This document shows, one piece after another, positions 27,632 to 37,918 of a stretch of DNA of 64,000 nt. The stretch is from an uncultured Verrucomicrobiota bacterium. Its GTDB lineage: Bacteria; Verrucomicrobiota; Verrucomicrobiia; Limisphaerales; J093. Under the pieces are notes generated by a model. That model searched no databases. It had not been told where the DNA came from and saw nothing but the letters and a program-made list of their open reading frames with translations. The DNA is taken from the NCBI GenBank assembly GCA_964411985.1, contig CAYPNF010000005.1, positions 108,974-172,973 on the forward strand, written 5' to 3'. The position numbers were made by a program, and so were the translations under genes. Numbering within the stretch: the stretch's first letter is position 1; the number at the start of each line of letters is the position of its first letter.

Positions 27632-29050
27632 CTATTTCCGCGTGGCCGCAGATCGAAACCCCGGCTCGGTGATGGAGCGAGTCTCCATCTTGGGGGCGTA
27701 TTTCTTCACCGCGTCGCCAATTTCGGAGGCTTTCCCGATGAGTACATAGACCAGATTCTCCAAGGGGAAGTGTTTACGAATGGCAGATTTTACGTCATCA
27801 GCAGTGAGGGCGTCGATCTGCACAAAGCGATCGTTGACTTCCTTTTCATCGAGACCATAGAAGGAGAGTTGAGTCAGCAGCGACGCGAGTTGGTCGGGGG
27901 TCTCGATGCGTGGGGGGAACTGTCCTTTCAGGTAGGCTTTCACGGAGTCGAGTTGTGCAGGGGTCAAACCATCGCGGTGCAGGGTCTTCAGGAGGTCGAG
28001 CGTCATGTCCATGGCTTGCACGGTGGACGCGTTCTTGGTGTAGGTGGAGATGGCGAATTCCCCGGGGACCTTGCTCATGTTGAATCGGGAGCGGGCTCCG
28101 TAGGTGAGACCGGCTTCCACCCTGAGGGCGTTGTTGAGCATGGACGTGAAGCGGCCACCGAAGGCGGTGTTGGCTGCGTCAATAGCGACCCGGTCGGGAT
28201 CGGTCCGCGACACGCCTACGTTGCCGATCATGAAGAAGGTCTGGGTGGCGTCGGGCTTGTCGATCAGCAACAACTTCTTTCCTCGGACTTCTGCGGGCAC
28301 TGGTAAACCCTCCTTGGGCGGGGCTGCTTTGGACTTCCAGTCGTCGAAATGCATCAGGATCGCACGCTCCATCACTTTCGTGTCGAAGTCCCCGACTACG
28401 GCAATGGTGGTAGTGGCGGGCCCATACCACTGCTCATGAAACTTTGCCAGGTCGGATCGACCAATTTTGGCAAGAGTCTGCTCCTCACCGGAGGCAGGAC
28501 GGCCATAGGGGTGGGCGTCAAACAGGAAGGCGTCGAAGTACAAACCAAGCACGCTCTGCGGCTCATCCTTGGCCTGCTTTATTTCATCGATGTTTGCACG
28601 GACGCGGTTGGCGACTTCTTTTCCCGGAAACTTAGGGTTTCGAAGAACGTCTGCCAGGAGTTCCAGGGCCTTCGCTGCGTCCTTCTTTAGGAATTCGGCA
28701 GAGCCTTGGACGAAGTCAGGCGAAGCGCTGAAATCCAAGTGGGCTCCAATGAAATCCAATTCCTCCGAGACCTGTTCGGGGCTGCGTTTCTTTGTCCCGC
28801 GTCGCATGAGCTCCGCAGTGAGCGAAGCCGTGCCTTCTTTTCCTAGCGGGTCGAGGGAACTGCCGGCCTGGACAAGGATGCTTACGCTCACCAGTGGGAC
28901 CTCATGTTGTTCCATGAGCAACAGGGTGAGGCCGTTCGTCAACGAGGTCTGAGTATAAGGAGGAAGCCTGAGGGACGGGGAGTTGTCCGCCGCAATCGCC
29001 TGGAGCCCAAGAGCCGTCAGGGTGGAGAGCAGGATGCAGAAGTGTTTCAT
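27632..29050 (-). CDS. M16-family (pitrilysin/insulinase-like) peptidase, probably the non-catalytic subunit (no HxxEH)
   Basis: Signal peptide. M16 N- and C-terminal domain organisation, paired with the adjacent HxxEH-containing M16 gene. Confidence 0.8.
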   Translation of the reverse strand: MKHFCILLSTLTALGLQAIAADNSPSLRLPPYTQTSLTNGLTLLLMEQHEVPLVSVSILVQAGSSLDPLGKEGTASLTAELMRRGTKKRSPEQVSEELDFIGAHLDFSASPDFVQGSAEFLKKDAAKALELLADVLRNPKFPGKEVANRVRANIDEIKQAKDEPQSVLGLYFDAFLFDAHPYGRPASGEEQTLAKIGRSDLAKFHEQWYGPATTTIAVVGDFDTKVMERAILMHFDDWKSKAAPPKEGLPVPAEVRGKKLLLIDKPDATQTFFMIGNVGVSRTDPDRVAIDAANTAFGGRFTSMLNNALRVEAGLTYGARSRFNMSKVPGEFAISTYTKNASTVQAMDMTLDLLKTLHRDGLTPAQLDSVKAYLKGQFPPRIETPDQLASLLTQLSFYGLDEKEVNDRFVQIDALTADDVKSAIRKHFPLENLVYVLIGKASEIGDAVKKYAPKMETRSITEPGFRSAATRK

Positions 29051-29062
29051 AGGCGCCTTGTG

Positions 29063-30418
29063 CTAGAGTTTCTTGGCTTTGGGCTCCTGCTGCTTCTCAG
29101 GCAAGAGCGTAGCGACGGTGCGGTTCTTTGCCTGGAAATAGGTCTTGGCTGCCCTCTGGACGTCCTCCTTGGTCACTTTTTCGAAGGCGTCTCCGCGGGT
29201 GAAAAGGGTGCGATAATCTCCAAAGAACACCTCGGCGTTTCCGAGGGCATGAGCCTTTCCGTCCAGCGTTTTGAGATCCCGATAGAGGTTGGCAAGCGCG
29301 TTGTTCTTCGCTTTCTGCAGCTCTGGATCGGTGACTCCTTCCAGAGTCACCCGCTCCAGTTCATCAAAGAGTGCCTTCTCAAGCCGGCTTAGATCGACAC
29401 CCTCTCGAGGTTGTACGGCGATCGTGAAGAGCGTGGGATCGAAGGCGGTGTTCATGGATGCTTCGACCTGGGTGGCCAGGCTCTTTCCGTCCACAAGCAA
29501 GCGGTACATGCGGGAGCTCTGACCGGAGAAGAGGATGCTGCGGAGCACCTGTAGCGGGTAATAGTCTGTATGGCGAGCCTCGGGCACGTGGTACCCGACC
29601 ATCAAGATTGGGAGTTGTGCGAACTTGCTCACCTGAACGCGGCGCTCTCCCTGTTGCTCGGGTTCCTTGGTGGTTACGGGTGGCGGGGGGGCGTGTGCGG
29701 GGATGGGTTCGAGGTAGCGTTTGGCCAGCTGCGTGACCCGGCCATAGTCGATGGCCCCTGCGACCACCATAGTAGCGTTGGCTGGGGAATAACCCATGCG
29801 AAAGTGGTTTTGGAGGTCTTCCATCTTCCATTGTTCAATGTCCGACATCCAACCGATCACCGGCCAATGATACGGATGGGCCGTAAAGGCGGCCGCCCAC
29901 AACTGCTCGTCCAGCAAGTTGTTGTTGTTCGCCTCGACCGACATTCGCCTTTCCGAGGATACCACCCCGCGTTCGGACTCAACGACACTGGGAACAAAAG
30001 CCAGGTTCTCGATCCGGTCAGCCTCCAGGTCGAAGATGAGTTCCAGCGCGGAAACGGGGAACCAATTCATGTAAACAGTGGTGTCATAGGAGGTGTAGGC
30101 GTTGTTGGCGCCACCCGCCGCTTCCATCACATTGTCGAACTGTTTCGGACCGTAGATCTTCGCGCCATTGAACATCATGTGTTCAAAGAAGTGCGATATG
30201 CCCGTGGTGCCGGGGCGCTCGTTCCGGGAGCCGATTCGGTAGAAGATGTAGGTGACGGCATTGGGGATCGAGTCGTCCTTGTGCATCAGGACCTTCAGGC
30301 CGTTGGTGAGAGTCAGACTCTGGACTTCAAAGGATTGGGCGGACGCGGTGCAACGAGGCCAGAGGAGTGCACAGGCGAGCCCGAGAACGCTGGCAGGGAG
30401 GAGTAGACAGGGTTTCAT
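29063..30418 (-). CDS. M16-family zinc metallopeptidase (active subunit)
   Basis: HFFEHMMFNG is the inverted zincin HxxEH motif, with a downstream Glu-rich region. Signal peptide present. Confidence 0.85.
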   Translation of the reverse strand: MKPCLLLPASVLGLACALLWPRCTASAQSFEVQSLTLTNGLKVLMHKDDSIPNAVTYIFYRIGSRNERPGTTGISHFFEHMMFNGAKIYGPKQFDNVMEAAGGANNAYTSYDTTVYMNWFPVSALELIFDLEADRIENLAFVPSVVESERGVVSSERRMSVEANNNNLLDEQLWAAAFTAHPYHWPVIGWMSDIEQWKMEDLQNHFRMGYSPANATMVVAGAIDYGRVTQLAKRYLEPIPAHAPPPPVTTKEPEQQGERRVQVSKFAQLPILMVGYHVPEARHTDYYPLQVLRSILFSGQSSRMYRLLVDGKSLATQVEASMNTAFDPTLFTIAVQPREGVDLSRLEKALFDELERVTLEGVTDPELQKAKNNALANLYRDLKTLDGKAHALGNAEVFFGDYRTLFTRGDAFEKVTKEDVQRAAKTYFQAKNRTVATLLPEKQQEPKAKKL

Positions 30419-30514
30419 GGAGCGTGTCCGTTTTTCTTTCGCACGGAACTCAGCCTACCGAGGTCGGTGGGTGCGTGCAAATAGAACTTCGGAAGTGATT
30501 TCCGCCCGGACGCC

Positions 30515-31027
30515 TTAGCCCACAGCCTTTTCAAAGGTCATGTGGGTTCGCTCCGGGTCCGTGAATCGAGCGTAGTAGAGCTCGACCGACATTCCGAGGT
30601 GGAAAAGTACGTGCGTAAAGGCCTTACCCACCAAGGATAAGTCCTCGCGCGAATGCTGGGCGATGCCGTGCCAGCGCTGCCCAAGGAAGCCGTAGACTTT
30701 CTGCTTGATCGAATCGTAGTAGTGGCAGTCCTCGTGGTTGATCAGCACGATGCGTCGTACCGTCGGGAACACCTCACGGTAGAACTCCAAGCGGTCGCGC
30801 AGGAATTTGAACTCCTTGGGCAACTGCTCAGGGTGGGCGAGGACGCCTGCACCGCCCCCGACGACGATGGGGATATACGATCCTTTGGCCAATCCCAATT
30901 CGTGTTCAACAAACTGCTCGAACGCGGCCTGCATCCGTGGATCGCTACAGTGCACAACGACGGCCTGGGGCTTCAGGTCTCGCTGCACCTCATAAACCGG
31001 GCTCACCTTGTTGGGTTGGGTTGGCAT
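30515..31027 (-). CDS. Beta-carbonic-anhydrase-like protein (divergent)
   Basis: VVVHCSDPRM is C-x-D-x-R-like and LINHEDCHYY is H-x-x-C-like, with spacing compatible with the beta-CA zinc site. No Gly after the second Cys, so divergent. Confidence 0.5.
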   Translation of the reverse strand: MPTQPNKVSPVYEVQRDLKPQAVVVHCSDPRMQAAFEQFVEHELGLAKGSYIPIVVGGGAGVLAHPEQLPKEFKFLRDRLEFYREVFPTVRRIVLINHEDCHYYDSIKQKVYGFLGQRWHGIAQHSREDLSLVGKAFTHVLFHLGMSVELYYARFTDPERTHMTFEKAVG

Positions 31028-31108
31028 AGGGTCTTCCGGATCGGCAGATTCTAGAACCGCGCTGGCCCCAGACGGAGGACTCGCAGAGCCTGGGGCGGGG
31101 GATGAAAC

Positions 31109-32893
31109 CTACTGACCTTGGTCCACAGGGGGTGTCGGAGGCTCTGGCGGCGTCGGGTGAATACCCATGCTCGGCCCCACCATCTTGCTGATCGCGCTGA
31201 TATCAATGCCTGCTTTACGCGCAAGATCGTTTAAATCGATACCGGTGGCTTTCAGCGTTGCCAAGGTCTTTACGACGGTGTTAGGCACCAGCGTTGCCAG
31301 TTGGTCCAGGCCCTTCCCGTTGCCTCCCATGTCCACGATATGGATTGAGTCAATATTCCCCAGCGGAGCTGCAATCCCTGAGAATGTTGCCCGGGCGATC
31401 TTCTCGCCGGCCTCACCTCCCAATTCGATGAGTTTTGGCAACCGGTCCAGTATCATGATGAGCTTGGCGGCGTCCGTCATCTTGGCGAGGGCTTCCGCCA
31501 ACCGTGCGGTGCCTTCCGCTTCGGCGAGGAGGACTTTGCCTTTCATGGCGGCTTGACCTTCGGCTTCCGCGAAGAGCGCCTGTTTCTTGATCGCGGCTTC
31601 ACCTTCCGCCTTGGCGGTGAGCGTGGCGCGGAGTTTGGAGGCCTCACCTTCGCCCTGCAAGGCGTTTGCTTGTTTCTCACCTTCAGCCCGTCGGATGGCA
31701 GCCTCGCTCTGCGCCTCAGCTCCCAGCACCGCTACGGACTTCGCCGCTTCAGCCTCGATGACGGCCTTCTGCCGGGCGGCTTGGGCCACTTGCACGACGG
31801 TCGCGTTGAGTTCTTGTTGTTTACGGGCGCCTTCCTTTTCCTGAACCTTGATCTGGGCCTCCTTTTCGGCGGCGTCGCGTTCGGCCTGGCGCACTTTCAG
31901 GATTTTTTCCTGTTCCGCCGAGGCGATGTTGAGCGCCTGATTGGCTTTGGCCAACTCCGTGTCAGCCGCAACCTTGAATTGTGCGCGCTTCACGTCCCGG
32001 TCCCGGTCCGCCTCCGCGACCGAGACTGCATTGGAGGCCTCGACGACCGCGGCTTCCCGCTCGGCATCGCTCCTCCGTTTTCTGGTTTCAGCCGCTGCCT
32101 GCGCTACCTTGATGTCCTGGTCCCGCTTGGCCTCCGCGATCTTGATCTCCTGCTCCTTTTGGGCCTCTGCGATCCGGCTGGCTCTTTCCCGCTCGGCCTC
32201 GGCCACTTGAATGCCTGCATCGCGTCGGGCCTGGGCGACTGTTTTCTCACCCAGGTAGTTGATGTAGCCTTTCTCGTCGCTGACATCCGTAATGACAAGG
32301 GTGATGATTTGAATGCCGAGTCGCTTCAACTCCTCGGTGGATTCCTCGATCACACGACGGTTGAAAGTGTCCCGTTGCCGAAGGATTTCGTCGATGTCCA
32401 GCTTGCCGATGATCGAGCGTAGATGACCGATGAGGATGTTCTTCACGAACCCGTTCAACTCCGCCTCGGACTTGCCCAGAAACGCCATGGCGGCATTGTG
32501 GAGGTCCTCCGGTGCCGACGAGATTTTGCACGTGGCGATGCCTTCCACACTGATCTTCACGTTATCCTTGTTCGGGATGTTGGATTCCTTGATCTCCGTC
32601 TGAAAGGCGGAGGTGGAAAGCTGCTGGAAATCTTCCACCAACGGCCAAAGCAGGGAACCTCCACCAGCGACGATTCGGAAGCCCCGGACCTTTACCTTTC
32701 CGTCCGTGGGATCGGTCCACTTGTACCTGCGCCCGTAGAAGATGCCAATGTAGTTGGGTGCGATCTTCTTATACCGGCTCGACATGGCTTTGACCACGAG
32801 GACGAAGGCGACGGCGAGCAGAAGGAATGCGAAGGGAATGAATAGCATCCGCGCTGTCGCATTCAAATCAGCCAAGATCATCAGTTCGTTCAT
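31109..32893 (-). CDS. Flotillin/SPFH (band 7) family protein, YqiK-like, with long Ala/Glu/Lys coiled-coil repeats
   Basis: N-terminal TM + SPFH domain, followed by ~200 aa of AEAE/KAQA heptad-like repeats. Follows the NfeD gene. Confidence 0.85.
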   Translation of the reverse strand: MNELMILADLNATARMLFIPFAFLLLAVAFVLVVKAMSSRYKKIAPNYIGIFYGRRYKWTDPTDGKVKVRGFRIVAGGGSLLWPLVEDFQQLSTSAFQTEIKESNIPNKDNVKISVEGIATCKISSAPEDLHNAAMAFLGKSEAELNGFVKNILIGHLRSIIGKLDIDEILRQRDTFNRRVIEESTEELKRLGIQIITLVITDVSDEKGYINYLGEKTVAQARRDAGIQVAEAERERASRIAEAQKEQEIKIAEAKRDQDIKVAQAAAETRKRRSDAEREAAVVEASNAVSVAEADRDRDVKRAQFKVAADTELAKANQALNIASAEQEKILKVRQAERDAAEKEAQIKVQEKEGARKQQELNATVVQVAQAARQKAVIEAEAAKSVAVLGAEAQSEAAIRRAEGEKQANALQGEGEASKLRATLTAKAEGEAAIKKQALFAEAEGQAAMKGKVLLAEAEGTARLAEALAKMTDAAKLIMILDRLPKLIELGGEAGEKIARATFSGIAAPLGNIDSIHIVDMGGNGKGLDQLATLVPNTVVKTLATLKATGIDLNDLARKAGIDISAISKMVGPSMGIHPTPPEPPTPPVDQGQ

Positions 32894-32930
32894 GAGTTGA
32901 TTCCTTTGTCTTTTCTGCCGTTGTCGAAAA

Positions 32931-33476
32931 CTACACCTTTTCTACCACGAGTTGGCTGCCCATCGTCCGCACCACCCGCACCGACTGACCCTTGCCAATC
33001 GGTTTCCCGTCGGCCGAACTTGCCACGAAAGTGGAGTACTGGCCTTCCAGTTCCAGCGCTACTTCGCCCTGTGCGCTTTCCCCGATGGACACCGTGACGC
33101 GGCCTGTACAGCCTACTGCTGAATTGGTCGATACCAGGGAGGAAGCCTGTTGCCGGTAAAAGAGACTCAAGACGCCATACATGGCTGCTCCCAGGAGGAG
33201 GCCGCTTCCAAGGCCGATGAGGGAGGCCACGAGATAGCTTAGTTCGTAGCTGCGGGCGATGGCTCCCGCGGCGCCGAATCCCATCAAGAGAGTGGCGATG
33301 ACCTTGGACGAGAAGATGCTGATCGTGGGCTCAGAATCGCCGCCCCCGCCGTCATGCCCCGCATCCCCGTCGTGTCCTGCATCATGGTCACTCCCGAATA
33401 AGAAGGAACCCGCGACGATGATGAACGCCGCTATGGCGATGGAGATAAAGATAACCATACGTCCAGCCTGACCCAA
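32931..33476 (-). CDS. NfeD-family membrane protein (YqiJ-like partner of flotillin)
   Basis: Two to three TM helices, a His/Asp/Gly-rich loop, and a C-terminal OB-fold-like beta domain. Immediately upstream of the flotillin gene on the same strand. Confidence 0.7.
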   Translation of the reverse strand: MGQAGRMVIFISIAIAAFIIVAGSFLFGSDHDAGHDGDAGHDGGGGDSEPTISIFSSKVIATLLMGFGAAGAIARSYELSYLVASLIGLGSGLLLGAAMYGVLSLFYRQQASSLVSTNSAVGCTGRVTVSIGESAQGEVALELEGQYSTFVASSADGKPIGKGQSVRVVRTMGSQLVVEKV

Positions 33477-33676
33477 CCGGCGGCTGCTTGCGGACGGGAC
33501 CGGGCTTCCCTACGCCCAATGGCGGAAAGAAGCAGGTCGGCTCCCATCACGCCAGAACCCGCCAAACTCCGATTTCCATTAGACGACGAAATAACCACCC
33601 GCGCAAGCAGGAAAACAGGCACGGTAATTCGTGAAACCGATGCTTTCCCCATCTTCCGCTTGATTCGGACGGAGGC

Positions 33677-36600
33677 TTGGCTTCAAATGAAGGCATGAAA
33701 CCCCGCAAGGCCAGCATCCTTTCCCCTTTGTCTCTGGCGTTCTTTGTCGTAGCCAGTTTCATGGGCCACGATTCCCAGGCAGGCAGCTTCGAGTCCTTCC
33801 CGCTTCGAGAAGATGGAACGGTTCCCGTTTGGGTCGTTGCAGGCCCATTTCCAAGCGACACCAGCCGGAGCGGCTTGCGGCAGGACTTCCTGCAGGCCAA
33901 CGGGGGGGAGACGGGTGCCGCGCCCGCCGAGGGGAATCGGGTGCCGACGGGTTCGGGAAACGAGGTGGCTTGGCGGGCTACGCTCAGCGATTCTTCCGGG
34001 AATTTGGACTTCATCAACGCCTTCTCGGCCAACCGGGAGATGACAGCCGCTGCTTATGCATTCTGCTATCTGGAGTCCGATGAGTCGCAGGAAGTTGGGT
34101 TCAAAGTCCGGCATAACGATGGTTGTCGGCTCTGGCTGAATGGCTCCCTGGTGATGGATAGACCTGAGTTGGGGACGATGGACGCAAGGGCAAATGAGAC
34201 CAAAGTTACCTTGAAGCCCGGACGAAATGCGGTGCTGTGCAAGGTCGACCAGGTCGGTGGGGAATGGGGGCTCAGTCTAGCGGTGGTGGACAAAGAGGGG
34301 AAGCCAGCCAAGAAAGTGACCGTGGCGGTTGAGGTCCGCGAGCCGCTGCGTGGGAGAATCTTTAGTGGAACCTTTGCGGTGGCTCCACTCGTGCTAAAGA
34401 CTGCCGCCGGCGAGAAGTGCATTCTCCAGGCAGACTTGGACTCAGGCGGGATCGCCGGGGCAAACCTTCAGGTTTCCTGTTCTTCCTGGGCGGCGCCAGT
34501 GACGAAAGTTTTAGGCGATCTGCCCCTGGGACGTTACCATACGGAGGTGGAGATCCCCTCCCTTAGCGGCCCGGTGACGGTGGACGTTAAAGTGTCCTCG
34601 GCGGGTGGCGAAAAGGTCTTTCCAGGGGTTAAGCTGACCGCGCCGCGGCGATGGACGGTTTACCTAACCCAGCACACCCATACCGACATCGGGTACACGC
34701 GCCCTCAGACGGAGATTCTGCCCGAACACCTCCGGTACATCGATTATGCGCTGGAGTTCTGTGATCAAACGGATGCGTATCCTGAGGATGCCAAGTTCCG
34801 CTGGACCTGTGAGACCTCCTGGGCGGTTCAGGAGTACTTGCGGCGCCGGCCTGCGGCACAAATCGAACGGCTGAAGAAACGGTTGCGTGAAGGGCGGATC
34901 GAAGTGGCAGGCATGCTGGTGAACATGGCGGAAATTGCGCCCGAAAGCGGGATCGCTTCGGTTCTGACCCCGCTTCGTGAGCTGAAGCAAAGCTTGGGGA
35001 TGAACATCCGCACCGCGATGCAAAACGATGTCAACGGCGCTGCCTGGTGCCTGGTGGACTACTTCCAGGGGATCGGCATCCGCTACCTCAGCATGGGCAT
35101 CAACAAGACCCGATCGCTTCTCCCGTTCGATAAGCCGACCGCCTTCTGGTGGGAATCTCCTTCGGGCAACCGTATCCTGGCCTACCGTTCTGACCACTAC
35201 ATGACGGCCAACTTCTGGCAGATCAATCAGGGCAAGCTGGAGGTCTTCAAGCCGGGAGTACTCAATTACCTCCGATCTCTGGAAGAACGCGGGTACGCCT
35301 TTGACCGCATTGGGGTGCAGTTCTCCGGGTATTTCACGGACAATTCCCCACCGTCCACTGTGGGCAGCGATGTCGTGAAGGCTTGGAATGAGCAGTACGC
35401 TTGGCCCAAGCTGAGGATTTCGACGGCCCAGGAATTTCTGGAGTACGTCGAGAAAGAGCATGGCAAGGAGCTTGCCGTGCACCGACAGGCTTGGCCGGAT
35501 TGGTGGACCGATGGATTTGGATCTGCCGCGCGTGAAACTGCCGCCGCGCGCGAAATGCACGCGACCATGGAGGCCAACGAAACCTTGTTGGCGATGGCGA
35601 GCGTCTTGGGGGCTCCTATCCGACCTGAAACGCTTCGCCGGGTGGCTGCGGTGCAGGAAGACCTTCTGTTCTATGATGAGCACACTTACGGCGCGGCGGA
35701 GAGCGTCGACGATCCTTTGGCAGAGAATACCCAGGTACAGTGGGGTGAAAAGGCGTCCTATGCTTGGAATGCAGTAAAGCACGCCACGATGCTTCGCGAG
35801 GAGGCCCTGGGTCTGGTCCAGGAGTACCTGCCTCGCGCATCGGTGCCCACCCTGGCTGTCCTCAATACGCTGAGTTGGCCGAGATCGGGGCTGGTTCGAG
35901 TCTTCATTGATCACGAAATCCTCCCCAAAGACCGGGAAGTGCGCATGGTGGACGCCAGCACGGGGGAAGCCCTGGCGGCGCAGCCGATGAACACTCGGGC
36001 CGAGGGAACCTACTGGGGCGTGTGGGTGAAGGATGTGCCTCCGCTGGGATATCGTACTGTGCGGATCGAGGTGAGTGAAAAGCCCAGCGCGGCCAAGGCC
36101 GAAACTGCCGCGGAGGGTACACTGGAAAACGCCCATTACCGTTTGGTGGTCGATCCGAAGAAAGGAGCGATTGTAAGTTTGGTGGACAAGGCTTCAGGGA
36201 AGGAACTGGTGGATTCTACCGGCGCGTGGGGTTTGGGACAGTGCCTGTATGAGACCCTGCCCAAAGGACGTGACCTGGTGCGGGAGCAATTCCGACGCGA
36301 GCCTTGGAAAAACGTTCGGATGGAGGCCGGAGCCCGTGGTCCAGTTTGGCGGAGTATTTGGCTGAAGGCCGACATGGCGGGGTGCTCAACGAACCAAGGG
36401 GTCAGCGCGGAAATGCGGTTGTATGAGACCGAGAAGCGGATCGAGTTCCACTACGCGTTGCGAAAGCTGCCGGTGACCTCGGCGGAGGCGGTTTATGTGG
36501 CGTTTCCCTTCCAGCTCCCAGGAGCACAAGTTGAGTACGAAGGGCAGGGGGGGACAGTCATTCCGGGACGGGGACAAATACCCGGCTCTTCCTCGGATTG

Positions 36601-37204
36601 GCAGACGATTCAGAGCTACGTGTCCGTTCGAGGCGCGGATGGACAGATCATCCTTGGCTGTGACCAGGTACCGCTGGTGCAGTTGGGAGATCTGAACCTC
36701 GGGAAATGGCAACCGATCACCGTGGTGGAGAAGCCGCACGTCTATTCATGGGTCCTAAACAACTATTGGTTTACGAATTTCCGGGTGAGTCAGGAGGGAG
36801 AATTCCGGTGGCACTACTATTTGACCTCGATTCCTGATTCCTCTCGTTCCGCGGCGACCCGCTTCGGTTGGGGTTCACGGACCCCCCTGGTTACGCGGGT
36901 TCTTCCCGCCGCCAAACAAAGCATGACGGAACGGCCGCTTTCACTATCCGTTCTCGCACTCAAGTCTCCCAACGTCGCCATCGTCAGAGCCTATCCAGCC
37001 CACTCTGGGGATGCGGTGGTCTTTCAGTTGCGCGAACTGGAGGGGCAGTCCGCGGTGCTGGATCCTCAGACTGTCTCCAGCATGGTGCCAATCAAGAGTG
37101 CGGATGAAGTGAACGTGCTCGAGGAGCCAGTCCGGCAGGGCGTCGAGTCTCTGGAGATCAAACCTTTCGAGGCACGCTTCGTGCGGGTGCGTTTTGGCCA
37201 ATGA
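33677..37204 (+). CDS. GH38 alpha-mannosidase-like glycoside hydrolase with N-terminal PA14-like lectin domain
   Basis: Signal peptide. PA14-like GFKVRHNDGCRLWLNGSLVMD. GH38 catalytic N-domain signature WTVYLTQHTHTDIGYT. Large C-terminal beta-rich region. 1175 aa. Confidence 0.8.
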   Translation: MASNEGMKPRKASILSPLSLAFFVVASFMGHDSQAGSFESFPLREDGTVPVWVVAGPFPSDTSRSGLRQDFLQANGGETGAAPAEGNRVPTGSGNEVAWRATLSDSSGNLDFINAFSANREMTAAAYAFCYLESDESQEVGFKVRHNDGCRLWLNGSLVMDRPELGTMDARANETKVTLKPGRNAVLCKVDQVGGEWGLSLAVVDKEGKPAKKVTVAVEVREPLRGRIFSGTFAVAPLVLKTAAGEKCILQADLDSGGIAGANLQVSCSSWAAPVTKVLGDLPLGRYHTEVEIPSLSGPVTVDVKVSSAGGEKVFPGVKLTAPRRWTVYLTQHTHTDIGYTRPQTEILPEHLRYIDYALEFCDQTDAYPEDAKFRWTCETSWAVQEYLRRRPAAQIERLKKRLREGRIEVAGMLVNMAEIAPESGIASVLTPLRELKQSLGMNIRTAMQNDVNGAAWCLVDYFQGIGIRYLSMGINKTRSLLPFDKPTAFWWESPSGNRILAYRSDHYMTANFWQINQGKLEVFKPGVLNYLRSLEERGYAFDRIGVQFSGYFTDNSPPSTVGSDVVKAWNEQYAWPKLRISTAQEFLEYVEKEHGKELAVHRQAWPDWWTDGFGSAARETAAAREMHATMEANETLLAMASVLGAPIRPETLRRVAAVQEDLLFYDEHTYGAAESVDDPLAENTQVQWGEKASYAWNAVKHATMLREEALGLVQEYLPRASVPTLAVLNTLSWPRSGLVRVFIDHEILPKDREVRMVDASTGEALAAQPMNTRAEGTYWGVWVKDVPPLGYRTVRIEVSEKPSAAKAETAAEGTLENAHYRLVVDPKKGAIVSLVDKASGKELVDSTGAWGLGQCLYETLPKGRDLVREQFRREPWKNVRMEAGARGPVWRSIWLKADMAGCSTNQGVSAEMRLYETEKRIEFHYALRKLPVTSAEAVYVAFPFQLPGAQVEYEGQGGTVIPGRGQIPGSSSDWQTIQSYVSVRGADGQIILGCDQVPLVQLGDLNLGKWQPITVVEKPHVYSWVLNNYWFTNFRVSQEGEFRWHYYLTSIPDSSRSAATRFGWGSRTPLVTRVLPAAKQSMTERPLSLSVLALKSPNVAIVRAYPAHSGDAVVFQLRELEGQSAVLDPQTVSSMVPIKSADEVNVLEEPVRQGVESLEIKPFEARFVRVRFGQ

Positions 37205-37229
37205 GGGAACCTGTGTGCAGTGTGCACTG

Positions 37230-37847
37230 CTAGATGCCATTCGCCTTGAGGAAGGCCAGGCATTTGGTCGTGTGGGTCATGGAAATTAGGTGGCCTCCGT
37301 TCACGGAGAGATCCACATGGCTCGGGCGTGAAATGACGTGATCGTGTGTGCCGTGAAGTCGGAGAAGGTTGGGGTTCGCCCCCCGGAGGCCCTCCCAGGC
37401 GAAGATCGCTTTGCACATGTTGCGGATGAAATCGGCATCCGCTGCCGCGAACATCGGTCCCAGATTGCCGGGCATCCTTTGCGCCCGCCGCTGCAGTCTC
37501 TTCAGAGGTGCAAACCTCGATAGGGGATGGATCCAGCGTAGGAAAGGATTAATTTCGCGATTGGAGATCGCACTGCCGATCAGAACCAATCGACTGAGTG
37601 CCACCCGTTCTGCGATCTCGCATCCGACCATCCCGCCCAGGGAGGAGCCGATTACCACATCGCCGTCACGGATCTGATGGTCCTCGAGGATTCGCTGCGC
37701 AGCGAAGGGAATAGTCAGTTCCGACGAGTAGGGTCCCCACTCCACGAACTGGATGCCCGGAATCGAGTCCCACGGCTGCGGATACATCCGCCGATCTGCA
37801 GCCATGCCAGGCAACGCGAAGACTCGCCTCTCTCGATTCGTCCTCAT
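37230..37847 (-). CDS. Alpha/beta-hydrolase fold esterase
   Basis: Nucleophile elbow GSSLGG and a C-terminal His region; ~205 aa. Confidence 0.6.
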   Translation of the reverse strand: MRTNRERRVFALPGMAADRRMYPQPWDSIPGIQFVEWGPYSSELTIPFAAQRILEDHQIRDGDVVIGSSLGGMVGCEIAERVALSRLVLIGSAISNREINPFLRWIHPLSRFAPLKRLQRRAQRMPGNLGPMFAAADADFIRNMCKAIFAWEGLRGANPNLLRLHGTHDHVISRPSHVDLSVNGGHLISMTHTTKCLAFLKANGI

Positions 37848-37918
37848 TGGGAGTGTTCAAGAAAGGCTCGGAGAAACTCCCCGACCTGTTTGCGCCATTT
37901 GCCTGGGAAGCGAGCCAA

